A stretch of DNA of 64,000 bases from Alphaproteobacteria bacterium. Its GTDB lineage: Bacteria > Pseudomonadota > Alphaproteobacteria > Bin95. The notes under the pieces are model-generated. The model did not search any database, had not been told where the DNA came from, and worked only from the letters and a program-made list of their open reading frames with translations. Below, in pieces: positions 55,199 to 64,000 of the stretch. The stretch covers positions 2,016,001-2,080,000 of the forward strand of contig OZ224045.1 of assembly GCA_963665325.3 (NCBI GenBank), read 5' to 3'. The translations under genes were made by a program, and so were the position numbers. Numbering within the stretch: position 1 is the first letter of the stretch; each line of letters begins with the position of its first letter.

Positions 55199-56686
55199 TC
55201 AGTCCTGCAGGGAGGGCACGATGCCGGTGAGTTTCCGCTCCCATCGGGGCCCGGAAGCGGTCTCGATCTTTCGGACCAGGATGTGCGGATAGACGGGAAT
55301 GAGCTTGCGGGTGCGGAGCTCGCGCTCGAGGGGCGGGACGAGCCAGGCGTCGGCGAGCACGAGGATCTTGCGAATGCCATTCCGGCGCGCGGCCATGACG
55401 GCGATGTCGGCCCAGGCGCGGGCGCAGATCCGGACCTGCTGTTCGTTGGGCGGCTTCTCGAAGTGGATGGTTTTCGCCAACTCCTTGCGGTCGGTCTCGT
55501 CGAGCGCGACAAGGCCGAACTCGGAGGCATCGAAGGAGAGCGCGGATCGCGACAGGGTGAGAACAGGTTCCGGGGCGGCCGGTTCGTCCGGCGCCGGCGG
55601 AGGGGCTGCGCGGAGCTGATCGGGAAGCTGCAGGGCCGGCGCGGAGAGCTGGGCCTGGATGTGCTCGCGCAGGCCTCCGGCGCCGAGCGCCATGAGGTCG
55701 TCGTTGAAGTCGTTACGTTGCGGAAGGATGAGGCGGACCGGCCGTCCCTCTTCGCGGAGACGCTGTTCGAGCTTCATGGCGGCCGGGTAGCCGGACTTGT
55801 CGCGGTCCACGGCGATCAGGACCCGGCCGATGGAATCGGGAATTGCGACTCCTGCCATTACCGAGGAGGAGAGGGTCGCGATGCCGGCGCAGCCGGGGAG
55901 CGCGGTGGTGACGGAGAGCACGGTCTCGATGCCTTCCCCGACGACGATATCGTTGCGGTCCGCGCGCTCCGGGTGGAACTGGACGCCGTGACCCTTGGGG
56001 GGGCCGAGCATCTTGCGCGGCTGGGGCAGCGGGGCCTTGCCGGTGCCGCTTGCGTCCAGCCAGGTCCGGTGCACGGCGTTGATCGAGCCGTCCGCTCCCT
56101 TGATGGCTGCGACCATGGCGGGCGCCCTGGTGACGAAGCTGTCTTCGCGGTAGAGCACTTCGGGGTGGAAGCGCAGGGACTCGTGGACGATGTCCGATAT
56201 GCCGCGGGAGTGGAGGTACATTCCCGCATCGGTATCGGTGAGCGGCCTGCAGCGCTCCCAGAGGCGGCGCGCATTGACGGTGTTGGACGAAACCTCGTCG
56301 TCATCGTCGTTTGCGACATGCTGGATTGTCGGCACCGGGTCGGGTGCAGGGGAAGGCGGTTTGGACCCGGTGTTTCGGGGTGGATTCGCGATCCCGAGGA
56401 TCTGCCGCGCTTCGGCCATGGCGTGGCCGAGCTTGGGATGCCCGCGGGCATGCCGGATCAGGTCCAGGAGGTCGCCGCGATCGCCCGTGGCCTTGTCTTC
56501 CCACCGGCCGATGTTGCTGCCCTTGAGGTGCACGAAGAGGGACTTGCCCGGATTGTTGTGGACGTCGCCGGCCTGCCAGTAGTTGCCGGTTTTCCTGCCG
56601 GCCGGCAGGTATTGACGGCAGACGGCCTCGGCATGGGGTTTGAGCAGGTCCGAGAGTTGGGCGGCGGAGAGGCGGCTGTCGGTCAG
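55199..56686 (-). CDS. DUF7146/toprim primase-like protein B with C-terminal extension; probable CTG start
   Basis: Same motifs as 51555-52538. Homology extends 51 codons upstream of the GTG at 56533 to a CTG preceded by GGAGGAG. Confidence 0.75.
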   Translation of the reverse strand: MTDSRLSAAQLSDLLKPHAEAVCRQYLPAGRKTGNYWQAGDVHNNPGKSLFVHLKGSNIGRWEDKATGDRGDLLDLIRHARGHPKLGHAMAEARQILGIANPPRNTGSKPPSPAPDPVPTIQHVANDDDDEVSSNTVNARRLWERCRPLTDTDAGMYLHSRGISDIVHESLRFHPEVLYREDSFVTRAPAMVAAIKGADGSINAVHRTWLDASGTGKAPLPQPRKMLGPPKGHGVQFHPERADRNDIVVGEGIETVLSVTTALPGCAGIATLSSSVMAGVAIPDSIGRVLIAVDRDKSGYPAAMKLEQRLREEGRPVRLILPQRNDFNDDLMALGAGGLREHIQAQLSAPALQLPDQLRAAPPPAPDEPAAPEPVLTLSRSALSFDASEFGLVALDETDRKELAKTIHFEKPPNEQQVRICARAWADIAVMAARRNGIRKILVLADAWLVPPLERELRTRKLIPVYPHILVRKIETASGPRWERKLTGIVPSLQD

Positions 56687-56705
56687 TTTTCTCCTCCCGG
56701 GCGCA

Positions 56706-59483
56706 TCAGGCGCTCATGGAATACTGTTCTTCGGCCTCTTCCGAGCGTCGCCGGCTGGCGGCCAGTGAGGCCTCGGATGCGACCGGTGCCTGGAACCGGG
56801 GATCGCGGAGCATCGGGACTGCCGTTTCTGCCAGGACGCCAAGACTGTCTGCGCGGGTGAGGTGCAGGGCGAGGCCGGGGTCGTGTTCCGCTGCCTCGTA
56901 ATGCCGGAGCGCCCGGTCGGCATTGTCTCGCCAGGTCTTGAAATTCGGCGCTTCGTGTATGGGCACGCCCGAGCGTTCGGACCACGACTTCATGGTGCAG
57001 AGGGCCTGGCTGGCGTCGGCGATGTCCCTGGTGGCGGCTTGGGCGCGGGTCATGCGTTCGTGGCTGTCGTCGAGCGCAGTGCGCATGTTGGTGAGCCTGT
57101 CGAGAAGATCGGGGGCATGCCTGCATTCGTCGATGGCTTTGGACACGGCGGTCTTCAGCTCGTCGAACTGCGGCGCGTAGGGCAAGAGGTTCGGATCGCG
57201 GTCGACGAAGGCAAGGGCGCGGTCATAGACCTGCGAGAGCGGCTGCAGGGAGGGCGTGTAGACGCCCTGTCCGGATGACGGGACCGGGTATTCGGCGCTC
57301 GGCCGGTGGATGCTGGTCAGCGGCTCGTCGGAGAGCTCGGCGATCCGTGGCGCCATCATGTCGGGCGCCAGGATCTGCATATGCTCCTTGTGCGCCGGGT
57401 CTGCGGCCAGCTCGCGCCACCGCGCCACGGCAGCATCGCGGTCGCGAAGCCAGCCGGTGTAGCCCGGCATGGTTTCGATGGTCTGTCCGGGTTCCGAGCT
57501 CATCTTCTCCTTCAGGTCGGCAAGGCGTGCGCCGGCGTCCTCGAGGCGGGTGTGCGCATCGTGCACAGCGTCGTGTCGGCCGGCCTGGGTTTCGAGGGTC
57601 TCGTGCAGGGCCTTGAGCCGATCCCGGTATTCGGGCGGGCAGGCGCCGTCCTGCACGGCCCCGGCGACGAGATCGCGAAACCCGGCGAAACCTTCCTGAT
57701 GGGGAAGGTGGTGGATGCGGTCTCCGGACGCGGTGTACAGGGAGGCGTAGTCCATCTTGATGCGCTGCCAGGTGTCGGCAACAGCGGCCGGGTTCTCGTG
57801 GGCGGCGGCCCAGGCGTTTCCGGCGGTCTCCAGAAACTCGCGACGGGTCGTGATCCGGGGCGAGGCCAGTAGTGCCTCGGCGGGGTCAGCTGCGTCTGCC
57901 TGGGTGGTTGTCGGGGATGCTGCCCGGTTACGGTTTGCGTTCGCCCAGGCGGCCGCGCTTGCGAGCACGTCGCCGTGACAAGGCTGGGGCGCGCAATGAC
58001 AGGCAAGGTTCTTGCCGTGCAGTTCGGCAAGGTCGTCCTTCGATATCTCGCCGGCGCGGATGTTGTTCCAGAGGTGATCGCGGTATTTGGAGATCACGTC
58101 TTCGCGGGTTCCGTCCGGGCCTATGCGAAAGGGGTTCCCCCATCGCGTCCGGCGGTCGATCCGGATGGCGTCGGGCGGTGCATTCCTGAGATGCAGGACC
58201 CGGGCCATTCCCTCTTTTCGGCCGGCTGCCTGCATGTTTGAGGCATCGGTGGCGGTGCGGTGGGCGTCGGGTTCGGTGCGGTCCTTGCCGGCAGAGACGC
58301 CCTGTCCGGCTGTCAGTGAACGTCGGAGTTCCTGGAGGCCTTTCCAGGCTTCCTCCATTGTCATGGAGCCAAGGTTGAAGATCGGGATACCGTGTTCCAT
58401 GGCGATTCGGAGGCCCTGGGCGGTGCCGCCCTGGAGCTTGCCGCCCTGGGTGTAGGCAACAACGGCGTCGACTGGTTTGTCGAGGTTGGGGCCGAGCAGG
58501 ATCAGGCCGTTGCGCGCGTGCAGCTTGCGTGCGCCCTGCGTGCACCTGTCCCAGGTTGGATGGAAGCGTTCTGCAAGCTCCAGTGATTGCCGTAGGCGGT
58601 CCTGGGGGATCGGATGGCAATCGGGCCCGGAGAGGTTGTTGTAGCCGGGCCAGGGAAGCCAGATCGTGCGCTGGTCGACCGGGGTGCCGCTTGCGAAGGC
58701 GGTGTCGGAGCCGTCGGCGCCTCCGGAAGAGAGATGCCAGCCGTCTGCGGCCATTCGTCGGGCGAGCTCGGTCATGTCCGCGAGCACGGACGGGGGCATC
58801 GGCTCTCTGTCGTTCCCGCGTGACCCGATACCGGCCCAGTTCAGCTGGAAAGCATGGGTATCCAATGCAATTTCTGCCGGGTCGGTTTGCTGTTGCACGG
58901 CGGTATCGGCGGACGGAGTTGCCGGTTCGGCGCCGACGTCGGCTGGCGCCGGTGTGGGAGCGGCGGCGCTGGCGGCTTCGGCCAGTGTGGCCGGCGTCGC
59001 GGCGTTGGCAAGCTCGGGGAGGTTCGTGAGGACGCGGTCGAGGTGAGGGGCCATGTCCGGGTCTGCGCGGAGGCGTTCGACTTCGGCCAGGGTGCGCTCG
59101 CGGGCGTCGAGCCAGCTTTCGTAGTAGGGATCGTCCGCGGTTCGCAGGCCCTCGCCGTAGCTGGCGCGGAGGGCTTCGATCTCCTCGAGGCTCTGGCGGA
59201 CTTCGATATAGAGGTCGGCTACCTGCGCGCGGCGCGCGTCGATGGCCGTCAGGGCCGTGCGGAAGTCCGCCAGCTGGCTTGTGTATTCGGGATACTCGTT
59301 CTCATCGCGGAGGAGGTCTCGGGTTTCTTCGAGGAGGAACTCGAATTCGTCCGTATAGGCGATCAATTCGTGCTGGGTCCCGGCCTGTTCGCAAGCGCGC
59401 CGGTAAGCATCGGCGAGCTCGGCGTGCATGAAGTGGCCGGACGCGGACGGGTCGAGGAAGAACGCATGCAGTTCGGGTTTCAT
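56706..59483 (-). CDS. 925-aa multidomain protein: helical repeats, SLOG/DprA-like and DUF4326-like domains
   Basis: SLOG-like AGIGSR, LSSGGADG.D.AF, LPW, ARN, GGT. DUF4326-like IDR.T.WGNPF, L.GKNLAC.C.P..CHGDVL. Three roughly 125-aa helical repeats. Confidence 0.75.
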   Translation of the reverse strand: MKPELHAFFLDPSASGHFMHAELADAYRRACEQAGTQHELIAYTDEFEFLLEETRDLLRDENEYPEYTSQLADFRTALTAIDARRAQVADLYIEVRQSLEEIEALRASYGEGLRTADDPYYESWLDARERTLAEVERLRADPDMAPHLDRVLTNLPELANAATPATLAEAASAAAPTPAPADVGAEPATPSADTAVQQQTDPAEIALDTHAFQLNWAGIGSRGNDREPMPPSVLADMTELARRMAADGWHLSSGGADGSDTAFASGTPVDQRTIWLPWPGYNNLSGPDCHPIPQDRLRQSLELAERFHPTWDRCTQGARKLHARNGLILLGPNLDKPVDAVVAYTQGGKLQGGTAQGLRIAMEHGIPIFNLGSMTMEEAWKGLQELRRSLTAGQGVSAGKDRTEPDAHRTATDASNMQAAGRKEGMARVLHLRNAPPDAIRIDRRTRWGNPFRIGPDGTREDVISKYRDHLWNNIRAGEISKDDLAELHGKNLACHCAPQPCHGDVLASAAAWANANRNRAASPTTTQADAADPAEALLASPRITTRREFLETAGNAWAAAHENPAAVADTWQRIKMDYASLYTASGDRIHHLPHQEGFAGFRDLVAGAVQDGACPPEYRDRLKALHETLETQAGRHDAVHDAHTRLEDAGARLADLKEKMSSEPGQTIETMPGYTGWLRDRDAAVARWRELAADPAHKEHMQILAPDMMAPRIAELSDEPLTSIHRPSAEYPVPSSGQGVYTPSLQPLSQVYDRALAFVDRDPNLLPYAPQFDELKTAVSKAIDECRHAPDLLDRLTNMRTALDDSHERMTRAQAATRDIADASQALCTMKSWSERSGVPIHEAPNFKTWRDNADRALRHYEAAEHDPGLALHLTRADSLGVLAETAVPMLRDPRFQAPVASEASLAASRRRSEEAEEQYSMSA

Positions 59484-59951
59484 GGCTGGATGCTCTCCGG
59501 GGCGATTGCCGGGGACCGGGCCGCGGATCGGCGATCGGCGAGTGTTTCGATGGTTCGCGCCAGGGCCCGGACGCGCTTCTCCTGCCGGTCGGGAAAGTGG
59601 GCCGCTCCGAGTGTTTGGCGGATCAGGCGGTGGAGGGCGTCGAAGCCGTCCTGGCGGGGGATAAGGTTGAAGTCGCCGCCGGCTGCTTCGTACATGCGGC
59701 CGTAATCGGCCTTGATCTTTTCCCAGGTGCGCTCCGGCGTGTCGTCCATGTGCCGGAACCAGCGTTCGACGGCGCGGCGGAAGATGCGGTCGAAATCAAT
59801 GAGGTGAGTCTTGTCGGGTGCGGGGCAGGCGCGTTCGCAGTCGGCCTTGAAGGTTTCGAGTATGGCGATGCCGACTCGCGGAGGCACCAGGCGGTCATTC
59901 TTGATGATATCCATGAGGCGCGAGGCATACGCGGGCGGCTTCAGCTCGCGT
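59480..59951 (-). pseudogene. Probable 3' remnant of a gene interrupted by transposon copy 3
   Basis: Frame is open from the junction at 59951 and there is no SD before ATG 59914. Shares the W..IK.DY..Y...G.....P.Q.GF motif with the downstream protein. Confidence 0.55.
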
Positions 59952-60224
59952 TGAGTGTGCTCTCGGTATCTGATGGCGGGATGGTCACGTTGTTCGATGG
60001 TTTTCAGGCGTCGGGCCGGGCGTGACGGCGGGGGTGTCGGACGGCCGTCGGCGCGTCAAGCCGCTTCGCGGCTCCTGCGCTGCGCTCCGGCCCTTCGGGT
60101 GACCCGCCGCCGTCCCTCCGACGGAGTGCATCCATGGCCGTAAGCAAGCTTCCGGCCACGGGCCGGCCGCTTTACGCAGTGTGACAATGGGAGCGGTGTT
60201 ACCCGTTACCGTTACCCTCTCTCC

Positions 60225-61223
60225 CTAGGGGTTCGAGGCGGTAACGGTTTTCGGTAACGTGTCCCTGCGGTCGTTGCCGTTGAGGGCGGCGAGGCGGTAT
60301 CCGCCTTCGGATGCGCGCTCGACGCGTCCTTCGCGGACGAGCCTGTGCAGCGCCTCGGCGACGGTTGCGGGCCGGGTTGCCGCGCGCTCGCGGATCCGGC
60401 GCTGGGAGAGCGGCGCGTCGGCGTCGGCGAGGGCCTGCAGGATGCGCCGTTCGGGGGTATCCGGCTCCGGCGCCTGGTCTTCCGGCGTCTCGCGCAACCG
60501 CAGGGCGGGGCGCTCGTCGTCGTCGGCGAGTTCGATCTCGAGGTCTTCGAGGCCAGGGGCGTCGCGATGCTCGACGGTCATGAGGATCTGGCGGTCTCGC
60601 CGGCGCAGGTACAGATTCGAATCGCCCCAGGCGTGAAGTTCGCTGCTGCCGCGCAGCGCCTGCCCGGGCCGGGAGCCGCCGCTCTTTCGTGCGTGATGGA
60701 CGAGGAGGACGGCGGTTTCGAAGCGGCGCTGTATGTCGCGCAGGAAGCCCAGCATGGGGGCGACCTCGGCGACGGTATTTTCGTCGACGCCGTGCAGGCG
60801 CACGAGGGGGTCGAGGACGACGAGGCGGGGTGAGACGCGCTCCACCGTCTCGACCAGGCGCTGGCGATCGGCGCGATGGTCGAGACGCAGCGTGGGCACG
60901 TCGATGACGGCGATGTCGAGGGTCTCGAACGCGGTGCCTGCCGCCTTTGCGATGCCCTGGAGGCGTGCGCGCACGATATGGCCGGCGTCCTCGGCGGCGA
61001 ACAGCAGCACGGGGCCGCTTGCGGCGGGACGGAAGTGGCGCAGGCAGGGGACGCCGGCGGCGACCGCGACGGCGATGTCGAGTGCGAGGAAGGATTTGCC
61101 GCACTTGGGCTCGCCGCCGACGATGCCGACGCCCTGCTCGGACCACAACGCCTCGACCATCCAGCGGCGCGCCTGGGGGCGCTCTTCGAGCTCCGCCGGC
61201 GCCCGTGTCGGGAAGCCCTTCAC
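60225..61223 (-). CDS. RepA/AAA_25-like helicase-wHTH (copy 3)
   Basis: Translation identical to copy 1. Confidence 0.8.
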   Translation of the reverse strand: MKGFPTRAPAELEERPQARRWMVEALWSEQGVGIVGGEPKCGKSFLALDIAVAVAAGVPCLRHFRPAASGPVLLFAAEDAGHIVRARLQGIAKAAGTAFETLDIAVIDVPTLRLDHRADRQRLVETVERVSPRLVVLDPLVRLHGVDENTVAEVAPMLGFLRDIQRRFETAVLLVHHARKSGGSRPGQALRGSSELHAWGDSNLYLRRRDRQILMTVEHRDAPGLEDLEIELADDDERPALRLRETPEDQAPEPDTPERRILQALADADAPLSQRRIRERAATRPATVAEALHRLVREGRVERASEGGYRLAALNGNDRRDTLPKTVTASNP

Positions 61224-62053
61224 CGCCGCGCCCTCCTCGGCTTGGCGGGTTCGCCCAGGGTCTCGATGAAGAGCTTCTCGTCGAGGACCTCGCGCTCCTT
61301 CTCGGCGGCGGCGGCGAGCAGGGCGTCGGCCATGACGGTGAGCGCCCGCGGGTTGCCGTCGGCATGGGCGACCAGGGTGTCCTTGAGGCCCGCGGTCATG
61401 AGGCCGGGATTGCCGGCCTGCTCGATCAGATGGTCGAGCAGGGCCGCGAGGTCGCCGGCCTCGGCCTTGGTCATGACCAGGCGCTGGCGGATGCGCGAGG
61501 CGATGGGCTGCAGATCGGGCTGGCGGAGCTTGTCGAGCAGGCGCGTGTCGCCGGCGAGGACGACCGAGAGGATGGCGCGCGAGTCGAAGTCGGTCGAAGC
61601 CAGCAGGCGGATCTCGGAGAACACCGAGGGCAGCAGCTCCTGGGCCTCGTCGACGAGCACGACGGGGCGCATGCGGGTATCGTCGACATGGGCGAGCCAG
61701 CGCTCGCGCAGGCTTTTGAAGCTGGCCCAGCGGTTGTTGTACATCAGGTCGACGCCGAACATCTCGCCGATCTCGCGGTAGAAGTCGGACAGCCGGGAGG
61801 AGGGATGGGTGATGGCGGCGATGCTGAGCCCCTCGCAGCGGCCGAGACGGTCGGCGAGCAGGCGCAACGCCACACTCTTTCCGGCGCCGGGCTCGCCGGC
61901 GATCAAGGCGAAGCCGCCCTGGCGCACCAGGTGGCGCTCGATCCTGAGGCAGAAGCTGTCGACGGCAGGCGTCGCCATGAGACTGTCGACCGGCAGGTCG
62001 GTGGCGAAGGGGTTCCACTTGAGCCCGTAGAAGGTGAGCAGTTCCCGGTTCAT
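61220..62053 (-). CDS. ExeA/TnsC-like AAA+ ATPase (copy 3)
   Basis: Translation identical to copy 1. Confidence 0.85.
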   Translation of the reverse strand: MNRELLTFYGLKWNPFATDLPVDSLMATPAVDSFCLRIERHLVRQGGFALIAGEPGAGKSVALRLLADRLGRCEGLSIAAITHPSSRLSDFYREIGEMFGVDLMYNNRWASFKSLRERWLAHVDDTRMRPVVLVDEAQELLPSVFSEIRLLASTDFDSRAILSVVLAGDTRLLDKLRQPDLQPIASRIRQRLVMTKAEAGDLAALLDHLIEQAGNPGLMTAGLKDTLVAHADGNPRALTVMADALLAAAAEKEREVLDEKLFIETLGEPAKPRRARR

Positions 62054-63525
62054 GGCGCATCTCCCCGATCTTCGTCCTCGCCCGGACCGGGCGTCTTGTC
62101 ATGGGGCAGCCAGGCCGGCGGCAGGCCGGTTGCGGCCTGGGCGTCGAGCATGCCCTTGAGCAGCGGCGGAAGTTCCCCCGTCCCCGCGCCGCCATTGCCA
62201 TCGTTGCCGCCGGGGCCGGCGGGACGGCGCACGCCATCGGCGTTGCCGCGCTTGTCGAGGGGGTACAGCGTGCACAGGCGCTCGCCGCCTCGACCGTCGA
62301 TCAGATCGACGCTGGCGAGGTTCCAGCGCGCGTAACGGATCCAGGCCTCGCGCAGGTGGCGCCACGGCTGTGGCACCTGGTAGCGGATGCCCTCGACCGA
62401 GACGGTGCCGTCCGAGCGCCTGAGCGTGCGCTTCCTGGTGATGCGGAAGGCCGCCTTGAGCTCGGCCGAGCCGGGGCAGGATCTCGACGCGTCGACGCTC
62501 CCGGCCAGGCGTTGATGCGGCGTCATGCCGAGCTCGCGGTGCTTGCGGCGGTGATAGTCCTGCTCCAGCCAGGCGATGGTGGCGTCGTTGAGCATCTTCA
62601 AGGTAAGCGCGTCGACGCCTTCGAGCTGAGCCATCAGGCGCGATTCGACCGTGCCCCAGAACGACTCGATCTTGCCGTTCTGATGGGGGCTGTAAGCGAG
62701 CGTCGTGACCCCCGCGATGCCGAGCCGGTGCAACCCCTCCTCGACCTCGCCCGCGGTCATCGCCGCGCCGTTGTCGGTCAGCAGGGACCTCGGCAGACCG
62801 CGCTTCATGAAGGCCTGGCAAAGGCCGTGGACGAACACCTCGGCGGTCTCGGCGAGGTACCACTGAAGGTGGCAGCCGAGGCGCGAGTGGTCGTCGAGGA
62901 AGCCGAGCAGGATCGGCGTCTTCCACTCGCCCGAGGCGGTCAGCACGCGACGCTTGGCGCTGTGCATGTCGGCGTGCCACAGGGCGTGAGAGCGCGAGAC
63001 CTCGTAGCTCAATACCTCGCGGGCTTCGACCGCCGGCCTGGCCTCGCTCTCATGCCACTTGCGCCGGCGCTTGCGTACCAGCCCGCGAGCCCGCATCGCC
63101 CGGGTCAGCGTCGCGTAGGACGGTATCGGGCCGAGCTCGGGATCGGCCTCGACCCGCGCGGCCAGATTCTCGTGATGAAGCTGCGCCGACCACGACGGAT
63201 GCGCCCGGTACTGCTCGTGCAGCGCCTCGATCAGCGTCGGCGACATCGCGCGCGGGCGCCCGGCATCGGCGCGCGGGCGCCGCTTGAGCGCCCCCACCGG
63301 ATCGTTGTCCGCCGCCCGCGCCTGGTAGTACCAGCGCTCGATCGTGGACACCGCGAAGCGCACCCGGCCCTTGCCGGACGGGTGATCCCACTCGCGTTCG
63401 GCAAGCCGCTCAAGCTCGGCGTGCAGCCGCCCCGCCGGCGGCGGCGAGGCCAGAAGCGGCCCGACCACCGCGAAGCGCAACCGCGCCCACCGGTCGCGAC
63501 GCTCGCTCCCGTCGTTGCTGTTCAT
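62050..63525 (-). CDS. Mu-like DDE transposase (copy 3)
   Basis: Translation identical to copy 1. Confidence 0.9.
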   Translation of the reverse strand: MNSNDGSERRDRWARLRFAVVGPLLASPPPAGRLHAELERLAEREWDHPSGKGRVRFAVSTIERWYYQARAADNDPVGALKRRPRADAGRPRAMSPTLIEALHEQYRAHPSWSAQLHHENLAARVEADPELGPIPSYATLTRAMRARGLVRKRRRKWHESEARPAVEAREVLSYEVSRSHALWHADMHSAKRRVLTASGEWKTPILLGFLDDHSRLGCHLQWYLAETAEVFVHGLCQAFMKRGLPRSLLTDNGAAMTAGEVEEGLHRLGIAGVTTLAYSPHQNGKIESFWGTVESRLMAQLEGVDALTLKMLNDATIAWLEQDYHRRKHRELGMTPHQRLAGSVDASRSCPGSAELKAAFRITRKRTLRRSDGTVSVEGIRYQVPQPWRHLREAWIRYARWNLASVDLIDGRGGERLCTLYPLDKRGNADGVRRPAGPGGNDGNGGAGTGELPPLLKGMLDAQAATGLPPAWLPHDKTPGPGEDEDRGDAP

Positions 63526-63573
63526 TCCGGCATCCCCCTCGCTGCTTCGTGGAGGTGCCGATGATGCGGTGCC

Positions 63574-64000
63574 CTATCCGTGCATCATAGAAACGCTTTC
63601 TGCGGGCGAAGCCGGACCTGCGCCGAGCGCGCAAAAGCCGGTCCACGGCATCAGCCAGACCAGGCTCCGCAGCAGCCGCGAGCGGAAGCCACGGCCCCGC
63701 ATGATGCGCAGCAGCCGGCGCAGCGGCGCCTCTTCGGGCGGCGCCGCCAGCTCGCCCCGTCTCGCCTGCCACTCCCGGGTCAGCGGGAAGGCTTCCAGCC
63801 ACCAGCGCCGCCAGCGCTTCAGCGTCGAGGCCGGAACCCCGCACCGCCGCGCGATCGTCTGCAACCGCGCGCCGCCGGCCACAGCCAGCGCACTCACCAC
63901 AAGGAACAGCGCCCCGACGTAAAAGCGCCTGCCGAAGAAACGCACCGACGGCGGCTTCACGCGGCGTCGGCACACCGAACAGCACAGGCTGAAGCGCCGA
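63574..64000 (-). CDS. Zn-ribbon/HTH protein (copy 3), 5' end outside the window
   Basis: Matches the C-terminal part of 8666-9280. Confidence 0.7.
   Translation of the reverse strand, partial: RRFSLCCSVCRRRVKPPSVRFFGRRFYVGALFLVVSALAVAGGARLQTIARRCGVPASTLKRWRRWWLEAFPLTREWQARRGELAAPPEEAPLRRLLRIMRGRGFRSRLLRSLVWLMPWTGFCALGAGPASPAESVSMMHG

Larger units (their letters stand above)
59952..64000 (-). mobile_element. Four-gene DDE transposon, copy 3 (runs off the window)
   Basis: Same TGAGTGTGC end and ORFs at offset +54908. Predicted end 64335 with predicted TSD CGCGT (59947-59951). Confidence 0.93.

Noticed and set aside
1-64000. CRISPR array, cas genes, TniQ/TnsD, tRNA or rRNA (CAST or RNA-guided hypothesis)
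   Set aside because: I saw no repeat-spacer array, Cas/TnpB motifs or structural RNA genes, and no guide-like match between the element and its three target sites.

Overview
GC-rich window from a large conjugative element (plasmid or ICE; no rep, par or attachment site is visible). 0-17 kb: Dot/Icm (type IVB, IncI-Tra-like) transfer operon with icmL-icmK-icmE-like, icmC/D-like, icmB, three unassigned genes, dotA and a VirD4-type coupling protein. 17-29 kb: accessory region with an Mrr-like nuclease, AAA-DUF4143, Rrf2, two Uma2 nucleases, a small tyrosine recombinase plus a decayed paralog, and IS scars. 29-36 kb: MOBF relaxase-helicase, an apparently inactive second relaxase domain, an RHH protein and a candidate oriT. 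36-60 kb: a co-oriented leading-region-like array (three ssb, macrodomain, MoxR/vWA module, beta-clamp homolog, two toprim proteins, a 925-aa multidomain protein). The main observation is a 4,384-bp transposon present three times in the same orientation (5044-9427, 37789-42172, 59952->64000). It has TGAG...CTCA ends and 5-bp target duplications. It carries a Zn-finger/HTH gene followed by a translationally coupled Mu-like DDE transposase, ExeA/TnsC-like AAA+ ATPase and RepA/AAA_25-like helicase-wHTH gene. These are followed by converging iteron-like repeats and a branched hairpin, so it may be a transposon with its own replication module. Copy 1 splits icmB, and the empty site restores a 1000-codon frame. 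All family names come from reading motifs by eye, not from database searches.
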